DNA from: Burkholderiales bacterium
GTDB taxonomy: Bacteria; Pseudomonadota; Gammaproteobacteria; Burkholderiales; Usitatibacteraceae
Direction of reading: 5' to 3'
Assembly: GCA_038321965.1 (NCBI GenBank)
Contig: JBBQFL010000016.1
Location: forward strand, 12,832 to 76,831
DNA: 64,000 nt
Part shown: in pieces, positions 9,165-17,559 of the stretch
Layout of the letters: each line of letters starts with the position of its first letter
Numbering within the stretch: position 1 is the stretch's first letter
The notes under the pieces: generated by a model
Databases searched by the model: none
Seen by the model: only the letters and a program-made list of their open reading frames with translations
Told to the model about the DNA's origin: nothing
Position numbers and translations under genes: made by a program

Positions 9165-9743
9165 ATGAACACGACCCCTCTAGCAACTGACGCCGCCGAC
9201 ACCCGCGCCGCATTTAACCCCTTGATTCGCCCCTACCTGGTCGCGCAAGGCGCATTCATTCTTGCCGTGACCATCGTAGGCATCCCGCTCGCCATCATCT
9301 GGCTTTTAGGCGTCGGCCAATGGTGGGCGCGGCACTATTTCGACAAGCTTGACTGCCATCTGGACGCGAAGAAACTGCGCTATCGCAAAGGCATTCTGGT
9401 GACGGTGGAAAAAACCATCCCGCTGGAAAATATCCAGGACGTAACCTTCATCGAAGGCCCTATCCTGCGTCACTTCCACCTGAGCACCCTCAAGTTCGAG
9501 ACCGCCGGCAGCGGCGCCGGGCAAGCCAACGATATGCACCTCACCGGCATCATCGACGCGCACGATTTCCGCAACCGGATTCTGGAGGCGCGCGACGCGC
9601 TCAAGCAGCAGGGGCGCGACCCGCACGCCGCTGCGGCATCGTCAAACTCGGAGAGCGAGTTCAGGGTTGCGCAGTTGGCGGCGCTACATGGGATAGAGCG
9701 CAGGTTGGATGAGGCGGTGGCGTTGTTGAAGGAGCGCAAGTAG
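9165..9743 (+). CDS. Bacterial PH (bPH_2/YdbS-like) domain membrane protein
   Basis: TM hairpin followed by a PH-like domain (...LRYRKGILVTVEKTIPLENIQDVTFIEGPILRHFHLSTLKFETAG...). Confidence 0.6.
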   Translation: MNTTPLATDAADTRAAFNPLIRPYLVAQGAFILAVTIVGIPLAIIWLLGVGQWWARHYFDKLDCHLDAKKLRYRKGILVTVEKTIPLENIQDVTFIEGPILRHFHLSTLKFETAGSGAGQANDMHLTGIIDAHDFRNRILEARDALKQQGRDPHAAAASSNSESEFRVAQLAALHGIERRLDEAVALLKERK

Positions 9744-10085
9744 CGGGATTGTCGGACGGTTTCAATGCAGATTGAGATTCGGCGAAATGCGACATGCACC
9801 GTTGCCAAAAATGGAAACTCGTTCATCCACGCGGCGTTCAAGGCAAAAAGGCTTCGAAATGTCCGCCGAATGGCGATCTACGTAAATTGGACGAAGTAAC
9901 AACGCAATGCATGACTACGCAATCTCATTCGAACGAAATTAATTGACGCTGCCTCTCATTTGCCCCGCGCGTCGCCATTACGCGATGCAGCTCGTGCACG
10001 ATCTCCGCGCCCGCCTCATTGCGCGCCGCTGGTTACACTGCAACAACTGTAGAATTCAGGCTGACTGACTTAACCGCGATCCGAT

Positions 10086-10559
10086 ATGTCCATTTACACA
10101 CTTGGCTATGAAGGCCTCGATATTGCAGGCTTCATCGCTCGACTCCAGCAAGTTGGCATAAGGACAATTGTTGACGTCCGCCAGCTTCCGTTGTCCCGAA
10201 AGCGTGGTTTCTCCAAGAAATCTTTTTCAGAAGCCCTGGCGCAGGCAGGCATCGCGTATGTTCACATGCCGACGCTTGGCTGCCCAAAAGCGATTCGGGA
10301 TTCGTATAAGCAAGATCAGGACTGGAGGCTGTACTCAGACGCCTTCCTGGCGTACCTTCAAACTCAGGGAGCCGGTGTGCGCGAACTGGCAAAGATTTCG
10401 CGTGCGACAACAGCGTGTCTTGTTTGCTTCGAAGCAGATTTCAATTTCTGCCACAGAACGTATGTTGCCCGCGCGACACGGCGATTCGGTGCTCCCGCCG
10501 TTCAGCACATCACGGCGCAAACAGTGGTAGCTGATTTGCCGCTGCGGGTGGCTGCTTAG
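10086..10559 (+). CDS. DUF488 family protein
   Basis: MSIYTLGYEGLDIAGFIARLQQVGIRTIVDVRQLPLSRKRGFSK... matches DUF488. The C-terminal roughly 25 aa extend past the usual family length and overlap the convergent 279-aa ORF by 50 nt. Confidence 0.65.
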   Translation: MSIYTLGYEGLDIAGFIARLQQVGIRTIVDVRQLPLSRKRGFSKKSFSEALAQAGIAYVHMPTLGCPKAIRDSYKQDQDWRLYSDAFLAYLQTQGAGVRELAKISRATTACLVCFEADFNFCHRTYVARATRRFGAPAVQHITAQTVVADLPLRVAA

Positions 10560-11349
10560 GCGGATAAATCAGCGAAACAATAAGCCACTGATTGGGAAAG
10601 CGATGGATCGTCCCGAGCATAAGCAAAAGGTCTTTCGAAGGTAGTTCTTGTTCGAGCTTTTGCCGGAACGGTGCTACCCAACCAGTACCGTGCCTACTGT
10701 GGACTTTCCAGAAAAGTGCACCAACTTCCCAGTCAACCAGCTTGTGCCGAAACTCGTGTTTCTCGCCGTTCACGTCGCATTCATACCGGTAGTGAAAGTC
10801 GTACGGGATTTTCCTCAGTAGCTTGAGGGTCCTGGCTTCCTCGTTCTCGTCGAACAAGCCCACTTGCATTTGCATTTGAAGCAGCTTGGCTTTTTCTTCC
10901 TCCGTCCAATCAGGAGCGCTAGTCTTCTTGATTTCCAACTCCACGATCCGCGAAGGGCGCAACAACGCGAGCGTGTGCCCCTTGCTTGTTCGATCCTGCT
11001 CGACGGAAGCGAAGTCAGAATAAACTGGAATCATCGCGAGCCACTGCCTGCGTTCGCGCCACCCCGCCTCGCCACTTGGCAAGGCCGACTCATCGCAGTT
11101 GATCGTATCGACGTAGATCTTGTGACTCTCGGGCCGATGATCGTTCCCGGCTTTCTCAATCCTGGCGGTGATCCATTGCCACTTCTTGAACTGCTGCTCG
11201 TCGCCAACAAGTCGAAACGGCATTGGGTAAATTCGGATCAGCTTTCCAGATTCGTCCATCCCCGCGACACAAGAAGTCTCGGTGTACTTCGCGCTTGGCG
11301 ATGGGTACGTCTTGCAAAGAATCAGAATTCGCTCGATCTTTGAAATCAC
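10510..11349 (-). CDS. Hypothetical protein (279 aa) at the left edge of the low-GC block
   Basis: Long ORF with no motif I recognise. It is acidic and Trp-rich. It lies downstream of the higB / HTH-ImmA / beta cassette after a 277-bp gap. Confidence 0.4.
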   Translation of the reverse strand: MISKIERILILCKTYPSPSAKYTETSCVAGMDESGKLIRIYPMPFRLVGDEQQFKKWQWITARIEKAGNDHRPESHKIYVDTINCDESALPSGEAGWRERRQWLAMIPVYSDFASVEQDRTSKGHTLALLRPSRIVELEIKKTSAPDWTEEEKAKLLQMQMQVGLFDENEEARTLKLLRKIPYDFHYRYECDVNGEKHEFRHKLVDWEVGALFWKVHSRHGTGWVAPFRQKLEQELPSKDLLLMLGTIHRFPNQWLIVSLIYPPKQPPAAANQLPLFAP

Positions 11350-11626
11350 TATTGAATCCTCGCTAGATCAGGCGCTTTGGACACCGACACAACACTGGAG
11401 CCACCTCCTTCGTTCATTACCTTACCAATCAAGATTAGACGGAGGCATCAAGCGGACGTGGCTCTAATTTCTTGACTCTTCAATGGGTCAATATCGAGTC
11501 GCTTCAAAGAATTGACTCAGACAAGGGGCTCGTAGCATAAGCGCGGTTCGTGGCAGCATTTGCGCTATGAGAAACGAGTGCGCAGCGTTTGCTGCGCTGT
11601 CGCGTCAACTATTGGGACAACAGCAC

Positions 11627-12769
11627 TCAGCTGGCTTCAATTTCGAGAAGTTGATTCAGCCATGCGTGCGACAGCGGCTTCGGCAACGCAAACCGCCCTT
11701 CTCCCCCACATGCGCCAATGTGTTGCCATACTTGCTGTGATACAAACTCGATATGATGATTGGCGTCGTTTGCAACAGCAGGTCCAGGCGAAAACTTTCC
11801 TGTGCCGAACATCGCAACAGATGCAAACTTCTGATCGCCGAAGCTAAAGTTTCGGCCCATAAAGTCTTTCGATGTGACAAGCTCTTTGCAAAGCTGTTGG
11901 TAGTCGCCACGTGCCGCGCGTCGGATCACATGGTCGAGTGGCGTTGTGTAGCGAATACGCGCAGGCACGTTGACGACCTTCGCCGGTGGGGTGTGATGAA
12001 TTTCAACAATTCCATGATCACCAAACGCCAAGTCGCGCGTGCCCGCCAGCAAGCGCGCGACATCTGACCAAATATCGTATTCGACCCGACGGAAGCGCAG
12101 CACCTCGCCTTTGGTCCGTTTCCCCAACTGTGCGGGAATGCTCGTCCCGGAGAGGACGATGTTACGAAAGTTCCCCATACCGTTTATCGCGTCAATCGCA
12201 TCCTTTGCCACCGATCGCAGCCGCTCCGCCTTATCGTTGCCAACAAAAGCGAAGTTCAGCACGAGATCTGCCTTCTCAGGGGGGATGCTCAACGCCTCGA
12301 GCGTTGCGCCAATCGCCTCTTCAAGAAATGTTGGCTCTTCAAGTTCGTCGCGCGCCAAGCGAATACACACGCCTTTGAGGTCGGTAGCAACAATGCCGCG
12401 AACTGCCTCTACATACTCCAGCCCGCGATCCACTATCGTACCGGTTACCGGAACACAGGTCGTACCGTTCCGCCGAAGCATTTGTGCCAAATAGCTGATC
12501 GGTTGAAACCCTGAGCCTGTGACTAACTCTGGCGGGAAGTCATGAACATCAAAATAAATTCTGCCGCCGAGTTTGGCGCATTGGGCAATTCCTTCTGCGC
12601 GTTTGTCGAGTTCATGATCAACCGTCTCGCCCTCTTTTAAGGTAGGACGCGGCAAATCGAACAGGAAGGCGCTACGCGAGTGGGCTTCAGGCGACAGATT
12701 CTGCACCGCAGTGAATGCACCCCCGCGCGCTGTAAGACTCGCCATGTAGCAAAATGAGCCAGGCATCAT
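11627..12769 (-). CDS. Beta-family-like protein (PF14350-type partner of an HTH/ImmA regulator); tentative
   Basis: 380-aa ORF placed 1 nt after the stop of the HTH-ImmA gene. The adjacency of an about 350-380-aa protein to an XRE-HTH + ImmA/IrrE protein is the known context of the T4 'beta protein' family. I cannot verify family membership by eye. Confidence 0.35.
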   Translation of the reverse strand: MMPGSFCYMASLTARGGAFTAVQNLSPEAHSRSAFLFDLPRPTLKEGETVDHELDKRAEGIAQCAKLGGRIYFDVHDFPPELVTGSGFQPISYLAQMLRRNGTTCVPVTGTIVDRGLEYVEAVRGIVATDLKGVCIRLARDELEEPTFLEEAIGATLEALSIPPEKADLVLNFAFVGNDKAERLRSVAKDAIDAINGMGNFRNIVLSGTSIPAQLGKRTKGEVLRFRRVEYDIWSDVARLLAGTRDLAFGDHGIVEIHHTPPAKVVNVPARIRYTTPLDHVIRRAARGDYQQLCKELVTSKDFMGRNFSFGDQKFASVAMFGTGKFSPGPAVANDANHHIEFVSQQVWQHIGACGGEGRFALPKPLSHAWLNQLLEIEAS

Positions 12770-13996
12770 CTACTTCCAATTCACCTCGGGAAAGTGCTTG
12801 CGCACTTGTTTTTGTCCCACAAGGCCACTGAAATTTCCATAGCCCGTACGTTCTTTTCTCAGGCGACCAGCGATGACTGCGGGATGAATCTGAAGCTTTT
12901 CAGCAAGTGCGCAAATCGTTGCGACAGACGGTTTTAAGTAGGCTTCACTGCGTTTCCAGGCAACCCGAGGAATAAACGCATCACGCGCGATCCGATTTGC
13001 CTCAGCCTCTTTCGCGTCGTCTTCAGTATCATCCTCGATGCTCTCATCCGTAATTACAAAATCTTTTTCAGGCAGATGTTTCCACGCATGCACGAGTTCG
13101 TGCATAAGCGTGAACCAGAAATTGTCAATGCGATCCTGGCGAAGTGTCATTCCCACGACCGGAGCCCCATCGGAATCCAGCATGGCCGCGCCATCAAGCT
13201 TGGTGTGTGGCAGGACCGGGAGTAGCACGAGCGCAATACCCTTTTCCGCGAGGAACTCTTGCGCCAAGCGTGGCCCTCGCTCTGACCAACTCAATCGTGC
13301 GATATAGGCAAGAAAGTCTTCATTCAATGTGCCTTCACGCCAAGAACCACGTTGCTTGCGAGATGTGAGGGCAAGCTCGCGAACCCTACCAACCCAAAGT
13401 CGCAAGTTGGTCTTGTCCGTTTCAGGAGTGGCGCCATAGGTAATGGTCCGCTTCAAATACAACGGGCCGCGCCGCGGCTTCAAGTAGCGCTGCACAACAT
13501 CACGTGCCGTCAACTGCGATACATCTTCATTCAGGAAGAAACCAGACTTGACGAGTGCGGGCAGCTGAATGTCTTCTTCACCATCGCCCGATTGATCGCT
13601 GCCATACGGTGCAGCAGGCTCGCGCACCAGCAGCTCCGCCGGAATATGCAAAGTCTCGCTAAGCGAGCGAACCATACCAAGTGTCAACGCGCGTTTGCCG
13701 GAGAGTACTTCCGATACGCGATTCTTCCCGCCTAGAATTGTTGCCAAATCTTTTTGGCGAAGACCTTGCTCCTCCATTCGAAAGCGAATCGCGCTCAATG
13801 GGTCCGGTCGCGCGAAAGCAAATCGCTGCTTTTCATAGTCCTCTACGAGTTTCGCCAGCAATTCCAGGCGATCCCCTTCCGGTGAACCCATCGGAGGATC
13901 ATCCGCAGCCAGCCGTTCAATTTCGGCAACCGCGTCGCGGTGCTGTTGCTCTGTCTTGATAATGCGCGGATCCATGATTGGCTTGATTGTCTTCAA
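12770..13996 (-). CDS. HigA-like XRE-family HTH antitoxin fused to an ImmA/IrrE (COG2856) zinc-metallopeptidase domain
   Basis: The N-terminal roughly 110 aa resemble COG5499-type HigA (EQQHRDAVAEIERLA...GDRLELLAKLVEDYE... plus an HTH). The C-terminal domain has HEXXH (FTLMHELVHAW). Its start overlaps the upstream higB-like stop by 4 nt. Confidence 0.7.
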   Translation of the reverse strand: MKTIKPIMDPRIIKTEQQHRDAVAEIERLAADDPPMGSPEGDRLELLAKLVEDYEKQRFAFARPDPLSAIRFRMEEQGLRQKDLATILGGKNRVSEVLSGKRALTLGMVRSLSETLHIPAELLVREPAAPYGSDQSGDGEEDIQLPALVKSGFFLNEDVSQLTARDVVQRYLKPRRGPLYLKRTITYGATPETDKTNLRLWVGRVRELALTSRKQRGSWREGTLNEDFLAYIARLSWSERGPRLAQEFLAEKGIALVLLPVLPHTKLDGAAMLDSDGAPVVGMTLRQDRIDNFWFTLMHELVHAWKHLPEKDFVITDESIEDDTEDDAKEAEANRIARDAFIPRVAWKRSEAYLKPSVATICALAEKLQIHPAVIAGRLRKERTGYGNFSGLVGQKQVRKHFPEVNWK

Positions 13997-14277
13997 TTAA
14001 TTCTCTTCGTGTATTCCGCATGTGTGCCAGCCCAACGAACGATCACGACATGCGTGTTGTAAGTTACCTGCACTTCCAATCGGTAGTGGTTACCCTTGAC
14101 GTTGAAGATCACCACGTTTCCACCGAGAAAACTCGCGGATGAATACATGTTCTTGATGTCCTGTGGCGTCTGCCATTTGGCCTGCTCCGTATCGGCAATC
14201 CAGTTTTCGATCCACGAACGAGCGTCAGCATGTGCGCCCACAAAATCATGTAACTGTTGGCGCCCGACGATTAGCAT
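13993..14277 (-). CDS. higB: HigB-like (COG4680/RelE-fold) type II toxin
   Basis: 94 aa. ...FNVKGNHYRLEVQVTYNTHVVIVRWAGTHAEYTK... is the conserved HigB-toxin core. It is the first gene of the three-gene cassette. Confidence 0.6.
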   Translation of the reverse strand: MLIVGRQQLHDFVGAHADARSWIENWIADTEQAKWQTPQDIKNMYSSASFLGGNVVIFNVKGNHYRLEVQVTYNTHVVIVRWAGTHAEYTKRIN

Positions 14278-14318
14278 GCGTGCTCTTGAATTGGCTCATG
14301 CGGGGAGCATAGCACAAT

Positions 14319-14335
14319 GTTCCCATAATGGGAAC
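14319..14335. promoter_or_regulatory. Perfect 7-3-7 palindrome GTTCCCATAATGGGAAC, a candidate operator for the higB cassette
   Basis: Lies about 42 bp upstream of the higB start (14277, minus strand) in an AT-rich promoter region. Confidence 0.4.
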
Positions 14336-14757
14336 TTAAGTCTTGTTTATTTTTTGTGGAACAACTGGCAAATCAAAACGCTGGCAGACAACCTTTCAGT
14401 TCGATAATAAACCGCCGGATAACCCTATGATTTTGTTACTTAATTCGCGCACTTCGATTTTATTATCTTGACCATCGGATATAAAATTGCAACTTGGTTA
14501 GAACAAGCAGCTTCATTTCCGGTACTCAGCCAGCCTAACCCAATCTCCCAACTGATTCTGGATGTACCAAAAATGCCGCCAGGAGGCGGGTGGATGCCAT
14601 GGTTTCAGTTCTGCGCGATGCATCCCACAGAGGCTTCCCGCAGTCGTAGGGCGGATTCGGCGTGGCCTTGGGCCATATGCACAATCAAGGAGACCGACGC
14701 GAACCCTTGGCAGGCGAATAAAAACAATTGACGTTGGCCCTTTCATGCATTCGCCTC

Positions 14758-15867
14758 TCAATCGAGCAATAAGCCGAGAATCAACTCGACGTGTTCATGC
14801 TCGCCCTCCGGGTACCAAATGGGCGTAATGTGCGCATCCGCAAGACGCTGGTCAATTTCTTGTTTCATTGCAGGATCAGTCGGGCAGGCAAGGAGCGCGT
14901 AATGGTGGGGTAAATTGTCCTGCCCTTCCTGCTGCGCCACTTTCATAAAAGTCTGAATCGTCCTGTCAGCCGACAAGCTGCAACCGAGAAACAGAAAGCT
15001 GTAACTAGTAAAGAGTCGCCTCAGCAATTTCGGAAGGGGACAATCAAAGTGAATGTTTCCGTCATTGCCATAAGCGGTGTCGTACTCGACTTTGTTAAGG
15101 ACACGTTCAGCGGCATTGTCGAGATTGCCATGAAGCTTCAATAGATAACGTTCACCAGCGGGAATAGCGCGGAAGAAGGCGCTGGCTTGCCCGCGGCCCG
15201 TGACTTTTTCGACAAAAGCCTTAGCATCGTTTTCGTAAACTTTTTCGAGTACGCGATCGAAATTGGTTGTAACGACACTATTGTCGAACAGTGTTGGCAG
15301 AAGCGTCACGGCGCCAGTAATATCATCTGGAATCTTAAAGTCGCGCTCGAAATCGAGATTGAAACGATTCACGCCGAGAGTCGTAACAAGATCGTTCATT
15401 ACGCCCTCATAATCGTATTTTTCTTCAAGTCGCGTACGTATGGCCTCGGGGTCAAACTTGGCATCGTCGCAGAGCTTGAGCAAATACTCTTTCCACTCAG
15501 GGCAACCGGCGCTCTTCGACATCCCTGCACCCACAAACGGAATCACAAAACCCCTCTGGCACGAACGCTTGAGCTCTTCAAAACGCGGCAAATTTCTGGA
15601 GAACTGATCCGTGTTCAAAATCTGGGCGTTCTTTTCCTGATCAAAACGCCTAGCTTCTTGTTCGTAGAGATTGCGATCACCAAAATAGAAGGCACGACTT
15701 GGTTTCGCAAGCTGGATTTCTACATCGCCGCGCTTGCAAATTACTTGAATTTCCTCAAACTCCTCATCTTCATCAATCGCGTAGTCAAAGCGACGATTCT
15801 TGCCAATTCCGGCGAGTTCTTCCAATGTAGCTTCGTGGTCAAATGCGGGATGCGAAGGACTTTGCAT
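14758..15867 (-). CDS. SIR2-like (SIR2_2/DHS-like NAD-binding) domain protein, probable defence effector
   Basis: VIPFVGAGMSKSAGCPEWKEYL (GAGxS nucleotide-binding loop) and a downstream KLHGN motif. The start ATG sits 3 nt after the hsdS stop (TGAcccATG). GC is lower than in flanking housekeeping genes. Confidence 0.6.
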   Translation of the reverse strand: MQSPSHPAFDHEATLEELAGIGKNRRFDYAIDEDEEFEEIQVICKRGDVEIQLAKPSRAFYFGDRNLYEQEARRFDQEKNAQILNTDQFSRNLPRFEELKRSCQRGFVIPFVGAGMSKSAGCPEWKEYLLKLCDDAKFDPEAIRTRLEEKYDYEGVMNDLVTTLGVNRFNLDFERDFKIPDDITGAVTLLPTLFDNSVVTTNFDRVLEKVYENDAKAFVEKVTGRGQASAFFRAIPAGERYLLKLHGNLDNAAERVLNKVEYDTAYGNDGNIHFDCPLPKLLRRLFTSYSFLFLGCSLSADRTIQTFMKVAQQEGQDNLPHHYALLACPTDPAMKQEIDQRLADAHITPIWYPEGEHEHVELILGLLLD

Positions 15868-15870
15868 GGG

Positions 15871-17559
15871 TCAAACCTCAGCGGTAAGTTCGGCAACAAC
15901 GGCTTCGAGGAGAGCGGCGCCCTTGGTGCGGGCGGTGGCGAGCTGGGTTTCCAACGCATCCACCAACGCCATCAGTTCGTCGACTTTCGCCACGATTCGG
16001 CGTTGTTCGGCGAGGGGCGGAACCGGAATTGGGAGACTTCTTAGCGTCGTCTGGTTGATTTTTGGCATGCTACCGGACGTGCCGGATGCCCTGGCACGAA
16101 GGAAATCACGAGAGGCTTCTTGGCTCATTGCCAAGTGAACGAATCCAACATCTAGCGCTGATGAGACTCTCAACTTCATCATCAAGTCGGGATAGACGAA
16201 CAGATTGGGATCGCCGCGATACACGGCGGCTACGCCAACATACTCAATCGTGTTTCCTCGCTGAACAAGGATATCACCGTCACGCAGCCACAAATCCGAA
16301 TCTTTGGGAACGTCAGTAGTAATGAACTTGGCATGTCTGCCGTTGAAGCGGCCAGATGTCGTCGCGGTCAAGGTGAGGGAGCGAACTGGAGTCTCATAGT
16401 CCACAGCTTTCGGAGAGAAGCCGTTTGTCGGGCCGAAGACCAACAGGTCATCAAGTTGGCGGCGCTGCCAAGACGGAGGTATGTCGAGGCCAAGTGCGTT
16501 CGTGCTGTCAATTGCTTGAACTTCTTTTGCTGTGGTGCGATTGAGCCTCATCCGTTCGGCGAAGCACCGTGCCATCAGCACCTCTACCGGTTCGTCGTTT
16601 GGGTCTTGGGGAATGAGTTTCCCTTGGACAGCGAGGGTAAGGATGGATTTGCGAAGGTCGGCGGGGTTGATGTCGTAGCGTTTGTGGAAGAGGAAATCGA
16701 GGTTGGCCAAGGTCGGCGCGTCAGCGAAGCGGGTCAGCGAAGCGCGGGCGAGTTCGGCGTGTTTCGTCCCCTGCTGCTGCTGCTGTGCTTCTAGGTCGTC
16801 ACATAATGCCATCAACTCATCCACCTTCGCCACGATCCGCTTCTGCTCGTTTTCAGGTGGCATCGGAACTGGCAACAGTAGGAACTCACTGCGCGCAATT
16901 CCACCGATAATCCCAGTCATACGGGACGCAAACTGCCTGAAAAACGTGGGCGCTTGGTACAAATAGAAAACATAGCGTGGATGAATGCCGTCCCACACTT
17001 CATTTGCGTATAGTTTGTTTCCGAAGCAGATATCCCGATCAGTAATTCCGACTTTTTTCCCAGCACTCCCACCTTCGGCGCATATCAGCACAGCATGCGC
17101 GTGAGCTACCTTGAAATCTGATCGACCAACTGGAACCTTTAGACCATTCTTATAGGCTAAGGCATCACGCCCATAGCCAACGTCTTTCGTCGCAATGAAC
17201 GGAAGCCCAGTTTCAACTCTCGCCAGCTCAGCCTTACCTGTCTCGCTGACGCTGTTTCCATTGAAGATCCATCCGGTATCCCCGAGACGCACCCACCGCC
17301 ATTCGACCGGAATTCGAAATGGCACACTGTCTCCAAATTTTGGGAGTGCCTCCTGCTTTCTCGCGAGGCCCGCAGTTACGGCCTTCAGTCTCGCGTCGGC
17401 CGTCTTCTTGAGTAGCTCAGCCACAGGGCTATCAGAAGCATGCTGCGGCACTAACTCGCCACGAATAGCGAGTTCTAAAATCAAATGCCGCATCTTCGCC
17501 ACCGCGTCGGGTGCACCAACAAAATAGTCGAACTTCTGAAAGAACTGTTCGCGTTTCAT
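15871..17559 (-). CDS. hsdS: Type I restriction-modification specificity subunit HsdS
   Basis: Two target-recognition domains separated by conserved repeats LPVPMPPENEQKRIVAKVDELMALCDDLEAQ and LPIPVPPLAEQRRIVAKVDELMALVDALETQ. Overlaps hsdM by 4 nt. Confidence 0.85.
   Translation of the reverse strand: MKREQFFQKFDYFVGAPDAVAKMRHLILELAIRGELVPQHASDSPVAELLKKTADARLKAVTAGLARKQEALPKFGDSVPFRIPVEWRWVRLGDTGWIFNGNSVSETGKAELARVETGLPFIATKDVGYGRDALAYKNGLKVPVGRSDFKVAHAHAVLICAEGGSAGKKVGITDRDICFGNKLYANEVWDGIHPRYVFYLYQAPTFFRQFASRMTGIIGGIARSEFLLLPVPMPPENEQKRIVAKVDELMALCDDLEAQQQQQGTKHAELARASLTRFADAPTLANLDFLFHKRYDINPADLRKSILTLAVQGKLIPQDPNDEPVEVLMARCFAERMRLNRTTAKEVQAIDSTNALGLDIPPSWQRRQLDDLLVFGPTNGFSPKAVDYETPVRSLTLTATTSGRFNGRHAKFITTDVPKDSDLWLRDGDILVQRGNTIEYVGVAAVYRGDPNLFVYPDLMMKLRVSSALDVGFVHLAMSQEASRDFLRARASGTSGSMPKINQTTLRSLPIPVPPLAEQRRIVAKVDELMALVDALETQLATARTKGAALLEAVVAELTAEV

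Noticed and set aside
9870-9894. 19/20-nt match CGCCG(A/G)ATGGCGATCTACG shared with 27651-27670, both in intergenic DNA
   Set aside because: A back-of-envelope estimate puts the expected number of chance 20-mer matches with one mismatch in a 64-kb window, both strands, at about 0.5. The flanks do not align, so I treat it as coincidence rather than a repeat family.
14468-14761. Small ORFs (87 aa on plus, 82 aa on minus) in the higB-SIR2 spacer
   Set aside because: No motifs, AT-rich with odd composition, and they overlap each other. More likely non-coding promoter or remnant DNA.
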